Source: Haloquadratum walsbyi C23
GTDB taxonomy: Archaea > Halobacteriota > Halobacteria > Halobacteriales > Haloferacaceae
DNA: 32,000 nt
NCBI RefSeq assembly: GCF_000237865.1
Contig: NC_017459.1
Coordinates: forward strand, 1,590,001 to 1,622,000
Direction: 5' to 3'
The number at the start of each line of letters is the position of its first letter. The first letter of the stretch is position 1. Positions 29,329 to 32,000 of this stretch are shown here, one piece after another. The position numbers were made by a program, and so were the translations under genes. Below the pieces are notes generated by a model that made no database searches, was not told where the DNA came from, and saw only the letters and a list, made by a program, of their open reading frames with translations.

Positions 29329-29895
29329 ATGTCGTTGGGGCAGACTAAAACTCTCGATAATATCAAGATCTTCATCAATAGAGCGGATGGTCCAGTCTCT
29401 GCAATTGAATTACAAAAAATTATGTTCTTTGCAGATATTCATGCCACCGAAGAATTTGCAGCACGTGTTACGGAAGCGAAGTTTAAACCGATGATGTATG
29501 GTCCGTATTCACCTGACATCCGGGAAGCACTCGATCATCTCATTGAAAAGAACCCGGAGCCGCTTATAATACGGTCTCAAACGCGGAATGGTAATAGTGA
29601 AAAAATATTTAATTATGCCAATCTTTCAGACACCGATCGAACAAACCAAAAACGTGTTAGTTACATTAACCATATAATGAACGTGATTAATATTCTTGAG
29701 TGGGGCGTAGACGAATTAAGTGAATTTTGCAAGAACTCCTCTGCTTATCAAATGGCAATATCAGATGATAAAGAGTATGTTTCATTTAGCGATTATCGCG
29801 ATAAAATTGAAGATGATGAACAACCAGATATCGGCGTCTACAATCGCAATAATCACAGTGAAGATAGTCCTCCTGAGTGGGCATTCGAACTATAG
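29329..29895 (+). CDS. Panacea/DUF4065 (PanA, SocA/GepA-like) domain protein, putative antitoxin
   Basis: AIELQKIMFFADIHATEEFAARVTEAKFKPMMYGPYSPDIREALDHL fits the DUF4065 core pattern (KLQKLLYfa ... F.a...GPv.P.vY). The ATG at 29329 lies 46 nt after the stop of the co-oriented upstream gene; the ORF track starts at 29251. Confidence 0.55.
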   Translation: MSLGQTKTLDNIKIFINRADGPVSAIELQKIMFFADIHATEEFAARVTEAKFKPMMYGPYSPDIREALDHLIEKNPEPLIIRSQTRNGNSEKIFNYANLSDTDRTNQKRVSYINHIMNVINILEWGVDELSEFCKNSSAYQMAISDDKEYVSFSDYRDKIEDDEQPDIGVYNRNNHSEDSPPEWAFEL

Positions 29896-32000
29896 AGGTA
29901 GATATCTTCTTGCCACGTTTCGTTCTCCTGCTCCGGCTTTCTCAGGGCACGTTTTTCCGAACCAGCGGCAGTGCTGGTCATATCGCTCATCAGATATCAC
30001 GCTTCCTAACTTAATTTTGTGTCATCTGCGGTATTATGGAAAAGATATCCATGACTATTCCAGACTCGCTTGTAATAAATTAGCAATAATCGTGGATATT
30101 TCTCGGAGGCGTTATTCGCAATGTAGAAAACAAATATAGGTGATACTGTGCGCGTACTATGTGGAGAAGGCGATTTTGTCTTGGATCCTTGTCAGCTGAC
30201 TAAACTTTTTATTAACTGAGCTTATAGCTATCACCACTGGGTGTGTATCCGTCTCCAGAGATGTTTCTGAACTCGCTTGAGATGCATTCAGCCATCTCTT
30301 GATCACTGTGATTATTCTTTTTTGAGTCCCTTCCGTCCCCATAGCCAGCCCAGCTTTTCACCAAATGAATCCTTGCTTAGATACTCATAATATTCTTGAT
30401 CATCTCTTTGATCGACACCATATTCACTTTCCCAGTAAGGAATCGGCAGTTGACATTTCATACCATCGGTAGTGGTAATATGAAATAAAACAATTTTATG
30501 GCTAACTCAATAGTCAACATTCAGAAAAACATGAATTCCGAACACTCTGTCATCTCAACCACGATTTTCCATAATCATAGTGAAATGACTATGAGCAATA
30601 TATAATTGATCTCAATCAATTTCATCAGTGTCATCACCGCGAAAAACTGTCACACAAACAAATAAACGCTCTTTCTGTCACATGCCCAACGTCAGTCATC
30701 AACTTGCTGTCGTAATTTACAAATGAAATTGTGAACGCATCCTCTTGTCCTGATCGTGCTTCCAGTTGGTCGGTTTCCTGCGGAACTAAGCCAGATCTGA
30801 ACATTGAACAAGATATAATTGTATTCTTTTCAGGCTGAGAACGACGGGAAGCGCCGGCATCCTTGTGACAATATGATTGAGCAAGTTATTGTTCAACACG
30901 GCGATGTCCCTGATCCCAGTGATATTGAACAACTCATTTTCAATCTCATTGGTGGGGACTCAATATTGTGTTGATAATGAATTATTATAAATAATATTGT
31001 ATATATTATACATTATTGTGAAGTCAATGTTGACCGACAAAGTCAGTTATCTTGAATTGATAAAAAGCTATCTTGACTTATCAGAACCCACAAGATTGAC
31101 CGGTCGGAACAAAGTTAATGTCAGTTGCTTCTGAATCACAGTTGTGCTATTCTTACTTATTTTTGGACGAACGTAATATTCTGTATTCCGACATCGATTT
31201 ATTTCGTCTCATAACTGGACATTTGGTCATTTTAGATTAGAACTAAAGCGTGATTTACTCAGACGAGAATTTAATTCAGACACTGATCATATGATTCTTA
31301 TTCTGAGATACCTATCAATGCAAATCACACAAACTCCTGGGAGGACGGTGACGACATTTCGGGAACGACTTAATGAATGCCGTCAACCGACTCAAAAAAC
31401 TTCATAGAAGCGTTTTCTTGAATCCTTCAGACGGTTCCTTGTAGTGCATGTGATCGTAAGAATGAGTCTGGTTTCGTTCGGGAAGGCTCGGTTCTTGTAT
31501 GTATTATCGTCTTTTTTCGTTAGCTCGTGAGCAGGCTGTGGAGCCTGTCAGAAGGTTTTATTTTCATATATGCTACGGTTCATCTTTCATGAGAGAACGC
31601 TATCAGACACATCTGTTGGATCTCTCAGGTGGTCGCTTGTCTTTTACTGAATGTGACTGTGACAATCATTTCTGGTTTCGTCCGGGAAGCGGGCGCATCT
31701 TGTCTTTCTGTACCAGTGAATTGTGTGTGTATCAATTATACCATTGGTAATAATTGTTGAAAGTATATTATTAAAAGTATGCGGTTGCGGGTGGCGGTAG
31801 TTGTGCTGTTACTGTAGTGGATGCGTCTTCCCCCTTCCTGAACGTAAACAGTAATAAAGACAGCAACGCGGTAAAGACAACAGTATAATTAACAGCAGTA
31901 CTATTATAATAACTGTGCACAGTAACTGGGTACAATAAGGTAGGGTGGTAAGTCAATGTCCAGTAGTAATTGACTCAGCAAAAGTCAATAACGAATGGTA

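Larger units (their letters stand above)
25793..32000. mobile_element. tRNA-flanked accessory region, a probable decayed integrated element (right boundary not in window)
   Basis: It starts directly after the tRNA-Ala 3' end. It contains a broken polB, an AT-rich two-gene module without core-gene character, and about 2 kb with almost no ORFs. No integrase or attR copy was seen. Confidence 0.45.

Noticed and set aside
29720-30139. 139-aa plus-strand ORF overlapping the 3' end of the PanA-like gene
   Set aside because: It is out of frame with a motif-bearing gene over half its length. The product is basic and Ile/Lys-rich with no motif. It is likely spurious in AT-rich DNA.
31499-31956. ORFs 31499-31750 (+, 83 aa) and 31771-31956 (-, 61 aa)
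   Set aside because: Their Cys/Phe/Tyr-rich or Thr/Leu-rich compositions are unlike haloarchaeal proteins, and there are no motifs. The first spans the direct repeat copies, suggesting non-coding DNA. They are kept only as context in the AT-rich-region finding.
29896-32000. Search for an attR copy of the tRNA-Ala 3' half, or an integrase gene
   Set aside because: I did not see GGTTCAAATCCCGG or CCCGGCGAGTCC anywhere to the right of the tRNA, and there is no integrase-like ORF. Element boundaries therefore cannot be claimed from this window.

Overview
The window looks like chromosomal DNA of a halophilic archaeon. Predicted proteins are strongly acidic, there is a Tat/lipobox halocyanin, and archaeal ribosomal proteins eS1 and uS15 are present. 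The moderate-to-low GC suggests a Haloquadratum-like organism, but that is inference only. No database search was possible, so all family calls rest on motifs read from the translations.

Positions 1-25.7 kb are mostly ordinary core genes. They include a CaCA antiporter, an SDR/NmrA-like protein, a 2Fe-2S protein, HflX, MoaC, Nnr, an MFS transporter, an FNR-like reductase, Usp, a Kdo/RIO-like kinase, an SRPBCC protein, an RCK K+ channel, an orphan cox subunit III, a squalene/phytoene-synthase-like enzyme, a CDP-alcohol phosphatidyltransferase, halocyanin, and the operon rps15 / RecJ-like / Pcc1-like / rps3ae. Two mobile-element traces interrupt this region. One is an intact Tn5/IS50-like IS (2466-4126) with target duplication. 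The other is a 5'-truncated IS200/IS605 TnpB remnant (19386-19778).

After tRNA-Ala(GGC) at 25721-25792 the character changes. A family-B DNA polymerase gene lacks its N-terminal part and is frameshifted. It abuts a visibly more AT-rich block with two co-oriented genes. The first is a 471-aa multi-TM protein with 4.5 near-identical 54-bp in-frame repeats. The second is a protein with a Panacea/DUF4065 (PanA/SocA-like antitoxin) signature. About 2 kb of nearly ORF-free AT-rich DNA follows.

The PanA-like gene plus its unclassifiable membrane partner is my best candidate for an undescribed toxin-antitoxin or defence-type module. Other items worth checking are a recurrent intergenic TGACATCCT motif family and a G/A-rich ORF-free island (about 13.99-14.19 kb) that could be a structured RNA.
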